Source: Candidatus Methylomirabilota bacterium (GTDB taxonomy: Bacteria; Methylomirabilota; Methylomirabilia; Rokubacteriales; CSP1-6). From it: a stretch of DNA of 15,089 nt. Positions 1 through 8,996 of the stretch are shown here, piece after piece (position 1 is the stretch's first letter; every line of letters starts with the position of its first letter). The DNA lies in assembly GCA_046726415.1 (NCBI GenBank), contig JBKPAK010000029.1:1-15089 (forward strand), in the 5' to 3' direction. The position numbers were made by a program, and so were the translations under genes. Below the pieces are notes generated by a model. That model was not told the origin of the DNA and searched no databases. It worked only from the letters and a program-made list of their open reading frames with translations.

Positions 1-1256
1 GGACGGCCGTGGCGATAGATCGAGCGGCCCCAGTTCGGGAAGGGTCCGCGCTCCTCGGCCAGCTTCGCGCACTGGTCGTGGGAAATCTCCTTCACGAACG
101 CCATGAGCTGGTCGGCGAGCTCGATAGCCTCCTGGCTGTCATACGGAATACCGAGGAGGAAGAGCAGATCGGCCCAGCCCATGATGCCGAGCCCGATGCG
201 CCGGTTGGCCTTGACCGTCGCGTCGATGTCCGGAAGCGGATAGGGGTTCATCTCGATGACATCGTCGAGGAAGCGCACGGCGAGCCGAATCACCCGCTCC
301 ATCTCCGTCCAGTCGATCGCGGATTCGTCGTTCCCCGAACGGACGAACCGCGACACGTTGAGGGATCCGAGATTGCACGCCTCGTTCGGCAACAGCGGTT
401 GCTCGCCACATGGGTTCGTCGCCTCCACCACGCCGATGTCGGGCGTGGGGTTGGCCGGGCTGGCGTTGATGCGGTCGATGAACACCATACCCGGATCGCC
501 CGTCCGCCAGGCCGCGCGGACGATGCGCGTGAAGACCTCCTTGGCCGGGAGGCGTCCGGCCACCGCCCGCGTGTGCGGGTTGATCAGATCGTAGTCGGCG
601 TCCCTGGCAAGGGCCTCCATGAAGGCCTCGGTCGCCGCCACCGAGATGTTGAAATTGGTGATGCCGCCGTCGAGCTTGCAGTCGATGAACTCGAGGATAT
701 CGGGGTGGTCGACCCGCAGGATGCCCATGTTGGCGCCTCGGCGCGTTCCGCCCTGCTTCACGGCCTCGGTGGCCCCGTTGAAGACGCGTAGAAAGGATAC
801 GGGCCCGGACGCTCGGCCCCCGGTCGACTTCACCAGGTCGTCCTTGGGCCGGAGGCGAGAGAAGGCGAATCCCGTGCCCCCGCCGGACTTGTGGATGATG
901 GCCGCCGCTTTGACGGAGTCGAAGATCTCCTCCATGGAATCGCCCACGGGGAGGACATAGCACGCCGAGTACTGGAGCCGGTTTCCCTTGCCGGCGTTCA
1001 TGAGGGTGGGCGAGTTGGGAACGAAGGCGCCCTCGACGATGATGTCGTAGAAGGCGCTGGCGATCTCCCGCACGGCGGCGGCGCTGCGCCCGTACCGCTC
1101 CTCGCCCACGGCTATGGAGAGGGCGACCCGCCAGCACATTTCCTCCGGCGTCTCAATCACCTCGCCGTCGCGACGCGTGAGGTAGCGCTCTCGAAGGACG
1201 CGAAGGGCCGGGTCGGTCCATTTCCCCACTTTGCTCGGGCGAGTCTCGGACAGCAT
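1..1256 (-). CDS. nrdJ: Class II (adenosylcobalamin-dependent) ribonucleotide reductase, 5' part; runs off the left edge
   Basis: Missing from the ORF track because there is no stop in the window. Hand translation from ATG 1256 gives MLSETRPSKVGKWTDPALRVLRERYL..PNSPTLMNAG..SACYVLP..SGGGTGF..KQGGTRRGANMG..NFNISV..TNPCGEQPL..EACNLGS..NRRIGLGIMG. These are the RNR catalytic motifs in a class II-like context, with no N-terminal ATP cone. RBS AAGGAG lies upstream. Confidence 0.93.
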   Translation of the reverse strand, partial: MLSETRPSKVGKWTDPALRVLRERYLTRRDGEVIETPEEMCWRVALSIAVGEERYGRSAAAVREIASAFYDIIVEGAFVPNSPTLMNAGKGNRLQYSACYVLPVGDSMEEIFDSVKAAAIIHKSGGGTGFAFSRLRPKDDLVKSTGGRASGPVSFLRVFNGATEAVKQGGTRRGANMGILRVDHPDILEFIDCKLDGGITNFNISVAATEAFMEALARDADYDLINPHTRAVAGRLPAKEVFTRIVRAAWRTGDPGMVFIDRINASPANPTPDIGVVEATNPCGEQPLLPNEACNLGSLNVSRFVRSGNDESAIDWTEMERVIRLAVRFLDDVIEMNPYPLPDIDATVKANRRIGLGIMGWADLLFLLGIPYDSQEAIELADQLMAFVKEISHDQCAKLAEERGPFPNWGRSIYRHGR

Positions 1257-1354
1257 GCACCTCTCTCCTTTCCCCGGTCCGCGAACACCGGTACGGCGCG
1301 CTCAGCGAGACCGAAGGCCAGCACTTCATGATACCGCTTCATCGAGGTCCTGAA

Positions 1355-1402
1355 CACCAACATCTTGTGGTGCGGGAGAATCTAGCACCCTGGATGTAGC
1401 GG
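1355..1402. promoter_or_regulatory. Tandem NrdR boxes upstream of nrdJ
   Basis: cacCAACATCTTGtgg (1355-1370) and accCTGGATGTAGcgg (1387-1402) resemble the NrdR consensus acaCwAtATaTwGtgt. They are 32 bp apart, the usual tandem spacing, and directly upstream of an RNR gene. Confidence 0.8.
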
Positions 1403-1409
1403 GCGTCAA
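1379..1409 (-). promoter_or_regulatory. Putative sigma70 promoter of nrdJ
   Basis: Minus strand TTGACG (1409-1404), a long 19-nt spacer, then extended -10 TGcTAGATT (1387-1379). The second NrdR box lies in the spacer. Confidence 0.5.
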
Positions 1410-1577
1410 GAAAAAAGGTATCCACTTCTCATCCACCTTCCATGCACATGGCGGCTGATCGTTGACGCGCAGAATCGCTCGGCCGCGCGCGTCGTTGGCG
1501 CGAATCTGCGTGATATCCTCCGAGGGCGCCCGCGACCTGAAACCGCCCGCCACCACGCGGGCAGGAGGGAATCGGCG

Positions 1578-2978
1578 ATGACGACACACCGGAGGATGGC
1601 CCGCCTCGCCGCTGTTCCGCTGCTCGCCATCCTCGCCAGTAGCGTTCTGAGGACGGCGGCCTGGGGCCAGCCGAGCATGACGCTTCAAGCCACGCCACCG
1701 CCGGCCACGCTGTCACCCATCGGCCCCTCGAAAGCGCCGCCGCCCGACTTGGCCGGCCAAACGGTGAGTCTGGAGGAAGCGCTCGCCATTGCGCTCCAGG
1801 CGCAGCCGCAAATTCAGGCGCGTCTGTACGACTATGCCGCCGCGCGCTTCCGCGTCGACCAAGCCTTCTCGCCTCTGCTGCCCCAACTCACGGCGCAGCT
1901 GTCGGGGCAGCACTCATCGTCGACGGTGCTGACCACCTCGCCGCTTACCGGCTCCTCCGTCCCGGTGCAGGTATCGCGAAGCCTCGAGGATACGTTGATC
2001 GCCCAGGTGCAGCTCTCGCAGCTCCTGTTCGACTTCGGTAAGTCTGTGGCGTCGGTCGATGCCGCCCGCAAGCTGGCCGAGGTCTCCCGGTACGACATCG
2101 AGCTCCAACGCCAGCTGGTGACCCTGGCCGTGAAGGAGGCCTATACCAATACCCTCTTCGCGCAACGTCTCATCCGCGTGCAGCGGCAAGCGCTGGAGCG
2201 GGCCGAGCTGAACCTCAAGTCCGTCCGCGGCTTCTACGACGTGGGCACGCGGCCAAAGTCCGACGTTGTCCGGGCCGAGGTCGACGTGGCCAATGCCCGG
2301 GTCGACAATATCCGCGCCGACAACGCCGAGCGCCTCGCCCGCGTCGCGCTCAACACCTCGATGGGTGTCGCCGCCACCACCAAGTTCGACCTCGTGGACA
2401 ACCTCGTCTACGTCAAGGTCTCGGATTCCGCCGAAGATCTGGTATCGGAGGCTCTCAAGCGCCGGCCCGAGTACGCGCAGGCGAAGCTCCGGATCGAGAG
2501 CTCGGAGAGCCTGCTCAAGCGTTCGTTCCGCGACTTCTTCCCCGACGTGGTCGGCACCGGCTCCTACGGGGCGGTCCGGACTGATTTCAACGAGTCGTGG
2601 ACGGCCGGCATCAGCCTCAACTGGTCCATCTTCGACGGCGGCAACCGGCTGGCGCGCTACCGGGAGGCCAAAGCCAATCTGGAGGCGAGCCAGCAGCGGC
2701 TGAAGGCCACGGAGCTCGACATTTCGCGGGAGGTCGAGCAGGCCCGCTCCACCGTGGTGGAGACCGACGAGCGGATCCTCGCCGCCCAGGCCGCGGTGGC
2801 CTCGGCCCAAGAGAATTTCCGCCTCGTCCAAGGGCGATTCGATGCCGGCGTCGGGACGATCCTCGATCTCACCGACGCCCAGCTCGCCCTGACTCAGGCG
2901 CAGAACGCCGAGGCCCAAGCGCTCGCCGACTTCCGCATCGCCTTGGCCCGGCTGGATCGGGCCCTCGGCCGCAGGTAA
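1578..2978 (+). CDS. TolC-family outer membrane efflux protein
   Basis: 466 aa with a signal peptide and two OEP-like repeats (SLEEALAIALQAQPQI; QLLFDFGK; SLNWSIFDGG; RFDAGVGTILDLTDAQ; ARLDRALG). RBS AGGAGG at 1563-1568. Confidence 0.93.
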   Translation: MTTHRRMARLAAVPLLAILASSVLRTAAWGQPSMTLQATPPPATLSPIGPSKAPPPDLAGQTVSLEEALAIALQAQPQIQARLYDYAAARFRVDQAFSPLLPQLTAQLSGQHSSSTVLTTSPLTGSSVPVQVSRSLEDTLIAQVQLSQLLFDFGKSVASVDAARKLAEVSRYDIELQRQLVTLAVKEAYTNTLFAQRLIRVQRQALERAELNLKSVRGFYDVGTRPKSDVVRAEVDVANARVDNIRADNAERLARVALNTSMGVAATTKFDLVDNLVYVKVSDSAEDLVSEALKRRPEYAQAKLRIESSESLLKRSFRDFFPDVVGTGSYGAVRTDFNESWTAGISLNWSIFDGGNRLARYREAKANLEASQQRLKATELDISREVEQARSTVVETDERILAAQAAVASAQENFRLVQGRFDAGVGTILDLTDAQLALTQAQNAEAQALADFRIALARLDRALGRR

Positions 2979-3008
2979 ATACCTGTTACCCTGAGGACGT
3001 CGTAGCGG

Positions 3009-4682
3009 ATGATGAAGCGCGTCGTCTCGCTGGTGATCGTGGCGGCGCTGGTCGGCGCCGGAGTCTGGGCGTATTTCTACGCCCAGAGCCGCGGCAACGC
3101 GCCTCGATACCGACTGGCGGCCGTGGAGCGGGGCCCCTTGGTCGCCACCGTCTCCGCCAGCGGCAACCTCAACGCCGTCACCACCGTCCAGGTGGGAAGT
3201 CAGATCTCGGGTCAGATCAAGGAGTTGCGCGTCGACTTCAACTCGGTCGTTCGCAAGGACCAGGTGATCGCCCGCATCGACCCGGAGACATTCGAGGCCA
3301 AGGTCGGTCAGGCCCGAGCCGAATTGGAGTCGGCCCGAGCGGTGGTGATGAATCAGCAGGCGCAGATCGAACGAGCGCGTGCCGACGTGGAGAACGCCAA
3401 GGCCGCCCTCGTGGAGGCTCAGGCGCAGACGGCGAAGGCGCGCGTCGCCGTCCTCGATGCGCGGCGCGATTTCGACCGCAAGACCGAGCTGTACCGCCGG
3501 GAGCTGATCGCCAAGAGCGAGATGGATACGTCGCAGGCCACCTTCGATTCGGCCGGCGCTCAGGTCGATTCGCTCCGCGCCAAGGAGCAGGCGCTCGCGG
3601 CGGCCATCAAGTCGTCCGAGGCGCAGCTCAGGGTCGCGGAGGCCACCCTCGAGTCGACACGGGCTCAGGTCAAGCAGAAAGAGGCCGCGCTGGTCCAGGC
3701 GCAGGTCGACCTCGACCGCACGGTGATCCGAGCGCCGGTGAATGGCGTGGTCGTCTCTCGCGCCGTCGACGTCGGTCAGACAGTGGCCGCCAGCCTCCAG
3801 GCGCCCACACTCTTCACCATCGCCCAGGATCTCACCAAGATGCAGGTGGAGACCAGCGTGGACGAGGCGGATATCGGCCGGATCAAGGTCGAGGACCGGG
3901 CCACGTTCACCGTCGACGCCTTCCCCGGCGAGACGTTTGCCGGCACGGTCACCCAGATCCGGAAGGCCGCCCAGGTCGTTCAGAACGTCGTGACCTACAC
4001 GGTGGTCATCGGCGTCGACAACCCCGGCGGTCGCCTGCTGCCCGGGATGACGGCAAACGTCAAGCTCGTGGTGGCGGAAAAGCCGAGCGTGCTGAAGATC
4101 TCCAATGCCGCCCTGCGATTCCGCCCTGCCGGCGACACGACCCCTGGTTCGGGGCCGGCGGCCCGGGGCCAGCCGGCTGGCGGACCCCCAGCTGCGTCCG
4201 GGGGTCCGCAGACCCTCGAGAAGATCCGCGAACGCCTGGTGCAGGGGCTCAAGCTCACCGAAGGGCAGCAGCGAAAGCTCGATCCGATCCTCGAGGACAG
4301 CCGTGCGCAGATGCGCGCTCTGGCCGGCCTGCCCGAGCAGGAGCGCCAGGCCCGCGCCGAGAGGATCCGTGAGGCGACGCGCGCGCGCATCCGGGAGATC
4401 CTGACGCCAGAGCAGCAGGCGCGCTACGACCAGGAAGAGGGGTCGGGACGGCGTGCCGGCGCGACCCCCGGGCGCGCGTGGACCGTAGGCGCCGACGGCA
4501 ACCCGATGGCGGTCTCCCTGATGCTGGGCTTGAGCGACGGCACGGCGACGCAGATCGTCCAGGGCGACCTCAAAGAGGGCCAGGAAGTCATCGTGGGAAC
4601 CGCCGCCGCGGCGACCTCTCCTTCCTCCCGTCCCGGCCCCGCGGCTCCGGGTCCAGCGTCCGGGCCGCGGTTCCGTCCGTGA
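3009..4682 (+). CDS. MacA-like periplasmic adaptor (efflux membrane fusion protein) with an extra C-terminal helical domain
   Basis: 557 aa. N-terminal TM anchor, [11 protein letters not shown] lipoyl half, long coiled-coil hairpin, [31 protein letters not shown] and LLPGMTANV. Confidence 0.92.
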   Translation: MMKRVVSLVIVAALVGAGVWAYFYAQSRGNAPRYRLAAVERGPLVATVSASGNLNAVTTVQVGSQISGQIKELRVDFNSVVRKDQVIARIDPETFEAKVGQARAELESARAVVMNQQAQIERARADVENAKAALVEAQAQTAKARVAVLDARRDFDRKTELYRRELIAKSEMDTSQATFDSAGAQVDSLRAKEQALAAAIKSSEAQLRVAEATLESTRAQVKQKEAALVQAQVDLDRTVIRAPVNGVVVSRAVDVGQTVAASLQAPTLFTIAQDLTKMQVETSVDEADIGRIKVEDRATFTVDAFPGETFAGTVTQIRKAAQVVQNVVTYTVVIGVDNPGGRLLPGMTANVKLVVAEKPSVLKISNAALRFRPAGDTTPGSGPAARGQPAGGPPAASGGPQTLEKIRERLVQGLKLTEGQQRKLDPILEDSRAQMRALAGLPEQERQARAERIREATRARIREILTPEQQARYDQEEGSGRRAGATPGRAWTVGADGNPMAVSLMLGLSDGTATQIVQGDLKEGQEVIVGTAAAATSPSSRPGPAAPGPASGPRFRP

Positions 4683-5431
4683 TTGTCACCGAGGGCCTGG
4701 CGAAGGACTACCGTCTGGGGCCGTACACGGTGCACGCCCTTCGAGGGGTGTCGACCACCATCGCCGCAGGGGAGTTCGTCGCGGTGATGGGACCATCGGG
4801 GTCCGGCAAGTCGACGTTCATGAATCTTCTCGGCTGTCTCGACACGCCCACCGCGGGCCGCTACATCCTGGACGACGCCGACGTGGCGCGGCTGTCGCGC
4901 GACGAGCTGGCCCGGATCCGCAACGCAAAGATCGGCTTTGTCTTCCAGCAATTCAACTTGCTGCCGCGCACGACGGCGCTGGAAAACGTCGAGCTGCCAC
5001 TCTTCTATTCGAGCCTCCCCGCTCGGGACCGGGGAGCTCGGGCGCACGAGAAGCTGGCTGCGGTAGGCCTGGCCGATCGGGAGCTCCACCACCCGAGTCA
5101 GCTTTCCGGGGGACAGCAACAGCGGGTGGCCATCGCGAGGGCCCTCGTCAATGAACCGGCCGTCATGCTCGCCGACGAGCCCACCGGAAATCTCGACACA
5201 CGGACCAGCGTGGAAATCATGGCGCTCCTCCAACGCCTGAACCGCGAGGGCCTCACCATCATCCTGGTGACCCATGAGCCGGACATCGCGGCCTACGCCA
5301 GCCGCGTCCTCTCCTTCCGCGATGGGCGCCTCCTCGGCGATGCGAACGTGCCGACCCCGGCCGATGCGGCGGGTGCCCTCGCTACCCTCACCGAGGCACG
5401 CGACGAGGAGGTTGCCGAGACGGTGACATGA
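4679..5431 (+). CDS. ABC transporter ATP-binding protein (MacB/LolD-like ATPase)
   Basis: Start reassigned to GTG 4679, which overlaps the adaptor stop as GTGA. Walker [11 protein letters not shown]-loop FQQFNLL, signature [15 protein letters not shown], Walker B/D-loop [11 protein letters not shown] and H-loop VTHE. Confidence 0.95.
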   Translation: MIVTEGLAKDYRLGPYTVHALRGVSTTIAAGEFVAVMGPSGSGKSTFMNLLGCLDTPTAGRYILDDADVARLSRDELARIRNAKIGFVFQQFNLLPRTTALENVELPLFYSSLPARDRGARAHEKLAAVGLADRELHHPSQLSGGQQQRVAIARALVNEPAVMLADEPTGNLDTRTSVEIMALLQRLNREGLTIILVTHEPDIAAYASRVLSFRDGRLLGDANVPTPADAAGALATLTEARDEEVAETVT

Positions 5432-6660
5432 ACGTCGCCCAGAGCGTCAAGATCGCGGTGCGCTCGCTTCGGGTGAACAAACTCCGGAGCGCGCTGACCA
5501 TGCTCGGGATCATCATCGGCGTTGGGGCGGTCATCGCCATGGTCGCTGTGGGAGCAGGCGCCCAAGCGCGGGTGGCCGAGCAGATCCAGAGCCTCGGCTC
5601 CAATCTCATCATTGTGCTTTCCGGCAGCGTCACCTCGAGTGGGATCCGCCTCGGACAGGGGAGCCAGCTCACCATCTCTGAAGACGACGCCGCGGCGATC
5701 GCCCGCGAGATCCCCGCCGTCCAGGTGGCGGCCCCCGCCGTACGGGGCACGGCGCAGGTGATCTATGGAAACCTGAACTGGAGCACGGTGATCCAGGGCA
5801 TCACCCCGGACTATCTGGAAGCACGTGACTGGGCGCTTACCAGCGGACGGCCCTTCGCGCAGGAGGAAATCGACGGCGCGGCGAAGGTCGCGCTCGTCGG
5901 GCAAACGACCGCCCTGAACCTCTTCGGAGAGTCCGACCCCGTGGGGCAGATTATCCGCATCCGCAAGGTGCCGTTCACCGTGGTGGGGACACTGGGGCGG
6001 AAGGGCCAGAATTCGTGGGGTCAGGATCAGGACGACGTGATCTTGATTCCGATCTCGACCGCCAAGAAAAAAGTCCTCGGCGCGAGCCAGTCGAATCCGC
6101 GCGCGGTGGGGTCGATCTCGATCAAAGTGCGACCGGGTGAGGACATGCCCGAGGCGGAATCACAGATCCGAGCATTGCTCCGCCAGCGCCATCGCCTCCA
6201 GCCCTACCAGGACGACGACTTCTGGCTGCGGAATCTGGCCGATGTGCTCCAGACGCAGGAGGAATCGTCCCGGGTCATGACCTATCTACTCGCGGCCATC
6301 GCGTCCGTGTCGCTCCTGGTGGGTGGCATCGGCATCATGAACATCATGCTCGTTTCCGTTACCGAGCGGACCCGGGAGATCGGGCTGCGCATGGCGGTGG
6401 GCGCGCGAGGTCGGGACATTCTCGCGCAGTTCCTCATCGAGGCGATCACCCTCTCGCTCATCGGCGGTGTGATCGGAATCGCGGTGGGGTTGGGCGGCTC
6501 GCGCGCGATCAGTTACTTGGCCGAGTGGCGGACGTTCGTGGCCCCCCAGTCCATCGCCGTCGCCTTCGCTTTCGCCGCGGCCGTGGGAGTCTTCTTTGGT
6601 TACTACCCTGCGCGGAAGGCGGCGCGGCTCGATCCGATCGAAGCCCTTCGCTTCGAGTGA
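5428..6660 (+). CDS. ABC transporter permease (MacB/FtsX family)
   Basis: 410 aa. [16 protein letters not shown], a large periplasmic domain, [28 protein letters not shown] and [21 protein letters not shown] overlap with the ATPase gene. Confidence 0.95.
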   Translation: MNVAQSVKIAVRSLRVNKLRSALTMLGIIIGVGAVIAMVAVGAGAQARVAEQIQSLGSNLIIVLSGSVTSSGIRLGQGSQLTISEDDAAAIAREIPAVQVAAPAVRGTAQVIYGNLNWSTVIQGITPDYLEARDWALTSGRPFAQEEIDGAAKVALVGQTTALNLFGESDPVGQIIRIRKVPFTVVGTLGRKGQNSWGQDQDDVILIPISTAKKKVLGASQSNPRAVGSISIKVRPGEDMPEAESQIRALLRQRHRLQPYQDDDFWLRNLADVLQTQEESSRVMTYLLAAIASVSLLVGGIGIMNIMLVSVTERTREIGLRMAVGARGRDILAQFLIEAITLSLIGGVIGIAVGLGGSRAISYLAEWRTFVAPQSIAVAFAFAAAVGVFFGYYPARKAARLDPIEALRFE

Positions 6661-7259
6661 GAGCGTCTTCGTCCCGCTCCCGCAAGGCTCGCTCTCGGCC
6701 GCGGGCCCGCTCCCGCAAGGCTGGCTCTCAGCCGCGGGCCGGCTCCCGCAAAGCCGGCTCCCAGCCGCGAGCCGGCTCCCGCACAGCTGGCTCCCAGCCG
6801 CGAGGGCGCTCCCGCAAGGCCAAGCGGCCGGCCGCCCCCGCCCAGCGCCCCCGCCGTCCGTCGCCGGCCGAAGGGGGTCTGCTGGATCTCGCCCGATCAC
6901 TCACCGAGGCCCCTACCGCTGCTGCCCTGACCGACGGACTAACAGAGGCCCTCGCGCGGCTCGAGGGCGCGTTCGGCGAAGGCGCTTTCCTGCCGCGTCA
7001 GCTCGCCCAGAGTTGGCTCCGGATCCGCGGCGACAAGACGGCCATGCTCGCGCTGGGCTGGGCGCGGGAGCAAGTGCGCCGCGCGCTTTTCGAGGTTATC
7101 CAGCGCGAGTGCCAGCGCGGCGTAATCCGAACCGATGCCCCCGAGGTGCTGGCTTGGCTCCTCCTCGCCGCCGCCGAGGTGTCGGCTCACGAGCCGGGAG
7201 CGACGGTCGGCGATCGCCTGGCGATAGTGCGCGACCTGCTGTGCAGACCGGGTCGGTGA
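6657..7259 (+). CDS. Hypothetical protein: basic repeat N-terminus plus TetR C-terminal-like helical domain
   Basis: GTG 6657 overlaps the permease stop (GTGA) and is in frame with track ORF 6525..7259, giving 200 aa. The N-terminus has (SRKAGSQPRAG)-type repeats. The C-terminal LFEVIQRECQRGVIRTDAPEVLAWLLLAAAE resembles TetR ligand/dimerisation helices. Confidence 0.62.
   Translation: MRASSSRSRKARSRPRARSRKAGSQPRAGSRKAGSQPRAGSRTAGSQPRGRSRKAKRPAAPAQRPRRPSPAEGGLLDLARSLTEAPTAAALTDGLTEALARLEGAFGEGAFLPRQLAQSWLRIRGDKTAMLALGWAREQVRRALFEVIQRECQRGVIRTDAPEVLAWLLLAAAEVSAHEPGATVGDRLAIVRDLLCRPGR
6676..6820 (+). repeat. 33-bp tandem repeat, about 4.4 copies, coding
   Basis: GCTCCCGCA recurs at 6676, 6709, 6742, 6775 and 6808, an exact 33-nt (11-codon) period. 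Unit is approximately GCTCCCGCAAGGCTGGCTCYCAGCCGCGRGCCG. Confidence 0.93.
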
Positions 7260-7449
7260 TGCCACCTCGGTTACGGTGGCGTCGGCACCTCGGCGCGCAG
7301 CCATGCGCCCGACGGGACGGCGCCCGTGTAGCGGTCCGTCGCGGCCGACGGCAAGGATCCGTCCGGCTCGCGCCTCTCGAAGGCGCGCGCTGGGGGCGAT
7401 ACTGCCCCAGCGATGTGGACCGGCGACACCGATCGCTGGAGTCCAGGGC

Positions 7450-8436
7450 TCAGAACAGACCGCGCTGGCCCGTCTGGTTGCGCCGTCTCGTGGCCACGTT
7501 GTGCCGGCCCATCGGAGTGGCGCGCGTTCCCTGAGGCGCCGGCCTCACGGCGATTGGCGATCGGAGCCGGCGGAGGGTGACGAGGTTCCGCCGATCGGCC
7601 AGCGGTTCGGGCTCCTTCGGAGTCTCCAGCACCTTGGGCACATGGGCCAAGCGCGGGTCGTTCAGGATCGCGCGGAACGGGCCGAGGCCGAGATACCCCC
7701 GGCCGATGTGTTCGTGACGGTCGAGCCCGGACCCCAGCGGAGTGCGGGCGTCGTTGAGGTGGAAGGCCAGCAGGGTGCGAAGGCCCACCGTGGCCTCGAC
7801 CTCCTCCATCAGCCGCTCGTGGATGGCCGCCTCTCGAAGGTCCACGCCGGCGGCAAACAGATGACAGGTATCGAGACAGACGCCGAGCCGCTCCGAGTCC
7901 CGCGTCCGGCCGACCATCGCCGCGAGCTCCTCCATGGTTCGTCCGAGGGTATGGCGGCCGCCGGCGGTGTTCTCGAGGGCCACCTTCACCCGGTAGCCGG
8001 CCGTACGGCGGAGCACCTCGTCCAGAGCTGCTGTCACGCGACGCATTCCGGCTGAGCATCCGGCGCCCAGATGCGACCCTGGATGCACGACGACGAACGA
8101 CAACCCGAGCGCCTCCGCTCGCTCCAGCTCGTCGGTCAAGGCGGCCACCGATCGGTGCCACGCCGCGGGAGCGGGGGAGCCCAGGTTGAGCAGGTAGCTG
8201 GCGTGCGCGAACACCGTACCGATTCGGGTGCGTCGCCGCGCCTCCCGGAACAGGTCCACCGCCTCCCGATGGAGAGGAGCGGCCGCCCACTGGAGCTGGT
8301 TCTTGACGAAGAGCTGTATCGCCCCGCAGCGGAGAGCCTGCCCGCGCTCCAGGGCTCGGTGGAACCCTCCTGCCACCGACATGTGTGCCCCGAGCTCGTC
8401 GACGGCTGGCCTCAGTCCGGCTCGCGCTGCCTGCAT
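7450..8436 (-). CDS. nfo: Endonuclease IV (deoxyribonuclease IV, AP endonuclease)
   Basis: LGAHMSVAGG, IQLFVKN, FAHASYLLNLGSP, VVHPGSH, LENTAG, VCLDTCHLFAAG, FHLNDA, DRHEHIGRG and VLETPK give the trinuclear Zn ligand set. The start is ATG 8436 or GTG 8448; 8436 is preferred because an extended -10 TGCTACCGT covers 8455-8447. Confidence 0.95.
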   Translation of the reverse strand: MQAARAGLRPAVDELGAHMSVAGGFHRALERGQALRCGAIQLFVKNQLQWAAAPLHREAVDLFREARRRTRIGTVFAHASYLLNLGSPAPAAWHRSVAALTDELERAEALGLSFVVVHPGSHLGAGCSAGMRRVTAALDEVLRRTAGYRVKVALENTAGGRHTLGRTMEELAAMVGRTRDSERLGVCLDTCHLFAAGVDLREAAIHERLMEEVEATVGLRTLLAFHLNDARTPLGSGLDRHEHIGRGYLGLGPFRAILNDPRLAHVPKVLETPKEPEPLADRRNLVTLRRLRSPIAVRPAPQGTRATPMGRHNVATRRRNQTGQRGLF

Positions 8437-8476
8437 CGCCTCCGTCACGGTAGCATGCGCCTGGCCGCCATGGGCG

Positions 8477-8947
8477 TCACCCGGCCGGCGAGCTGACTGG
8501 GCCGATCAGATCGCCGATTCGACGGGCCCGGTGCCGCCATGCGGCGGCCAGCAGCGGTCCCAGCGCGACGGCATGCCCGGCGCGTCCCACCAATCCGAGA
8601 GGCAGCCGATAGACAAGCCGATCCTCCATGAGTGTCCCCTGAGCGGTGGCCAGGAAGCGGTGGCGATGCTCCCAGCGTGCGAAGGGGCCGTCAAGCTGCA
8701 CGTCGAGAAAGCGAAAAGGCGGGTCGAACTCGCGCACGAAGGTTCGCCACCGAACGCGCACGCCCAAACACGTCACATCATAGTCGAGAACGGTCCCCGC
8801 CTGCACCGCGCTCTCGCCGCTCACCAGGGTCACCCGAAGCCAAGGCGGCACGAGACGTCCCACATTTCGAGGGTCGGCGAAGAATGCGAAGACCTCCGGC
8901 CGGGAGCGACCGATCACCGCCCGCTGCTCGATGATGTGATCGACCAT
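8477..8947 (-). CDS. SRPBCC (START-like/polyketide cyclase) family protein
   Basis: From ATG 8947: MVDHIIEQRAVIGRSRPEVFAFFADPRNVGRLVPPW..FDPPFRFLDVQLDGPFARWEHRHRF..GTLMEDRLVYRLPLG. The longer track ORF runs into the integrase gene and is unlikely. Confidence 0.88.
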   Translation of the reverse strand: MVDHIIEQRAVIGRSRPEVFAFFADPRNVGRLVPPWLRVTLVSGESAVQAGTVLDYDVTCLGVRVRWRTFVREFDPPFRFLDVQLDGPFARWEHRHRFLATAQGTLMEDRLVYRLPLGLVGRAGHAVALGPLLAAAWRHRARRIGDLIGPVSSPAG

Positions 8948-8996
8948 CAGGGTATCGCGGCGGGGCTGAGATATCTTGAGCTGCTTCGACAGGTAC

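Noticed and set aside
380-440. Intein in nrdJ near the catalytic NPCGEQ motif
   Set aside because: The sequence reads continuously TNPCGEQPLLPNEACNLGS with no insertion.
9-1331. Track ORFs 9..791(+), 139..1137(-), 256..594, 619..960 and 891..1331
   Set aside because: Shadow frames of nrdJ, typical of high-GC DNA. The real frame starts at 1256 on the minus strand.
1257-1577. Cobalamin riboswitch upstream of the B12-dependent RNR
   Set aside because: No recognisable B12-box or conserved core. The region is explained by NrdR boxes and promoters.
2597-5275. Long alternative ORFs 2597..4372(+) and 4424..5275(-), and the 4478 start for the ATPase
   Set aside because: Low-complexity Arg/Gly/Pro translations overlapping well-supported genes. 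The ATPase start fits GTG 4679.
6676-6820. 33-bp periodic repeat as a CRISPR array
   Set aside because: Units are directly adjacent with no unique spacers, the period is a multiple of 3 within an ORF, and no cas genes are present.
7261-7280. Hairpin GCCACC-N8-GGTGGC as an intrinsic terminator after the efflux operon
   Set aside because: Only a 6-bp stem with no U tract on either strand, which is expected by chance at this GC content.
8948-8996. tRNA/tmRNA integration target or an attL/attR direct repeat
   Set aside because: No T-arm (GTTCGA..CCA) pattern on either strand. The closest similarity I noticed (GCCGGGCTGA near 13168 versus CGGGGCTGA near 8961) is too short to be meaningful.
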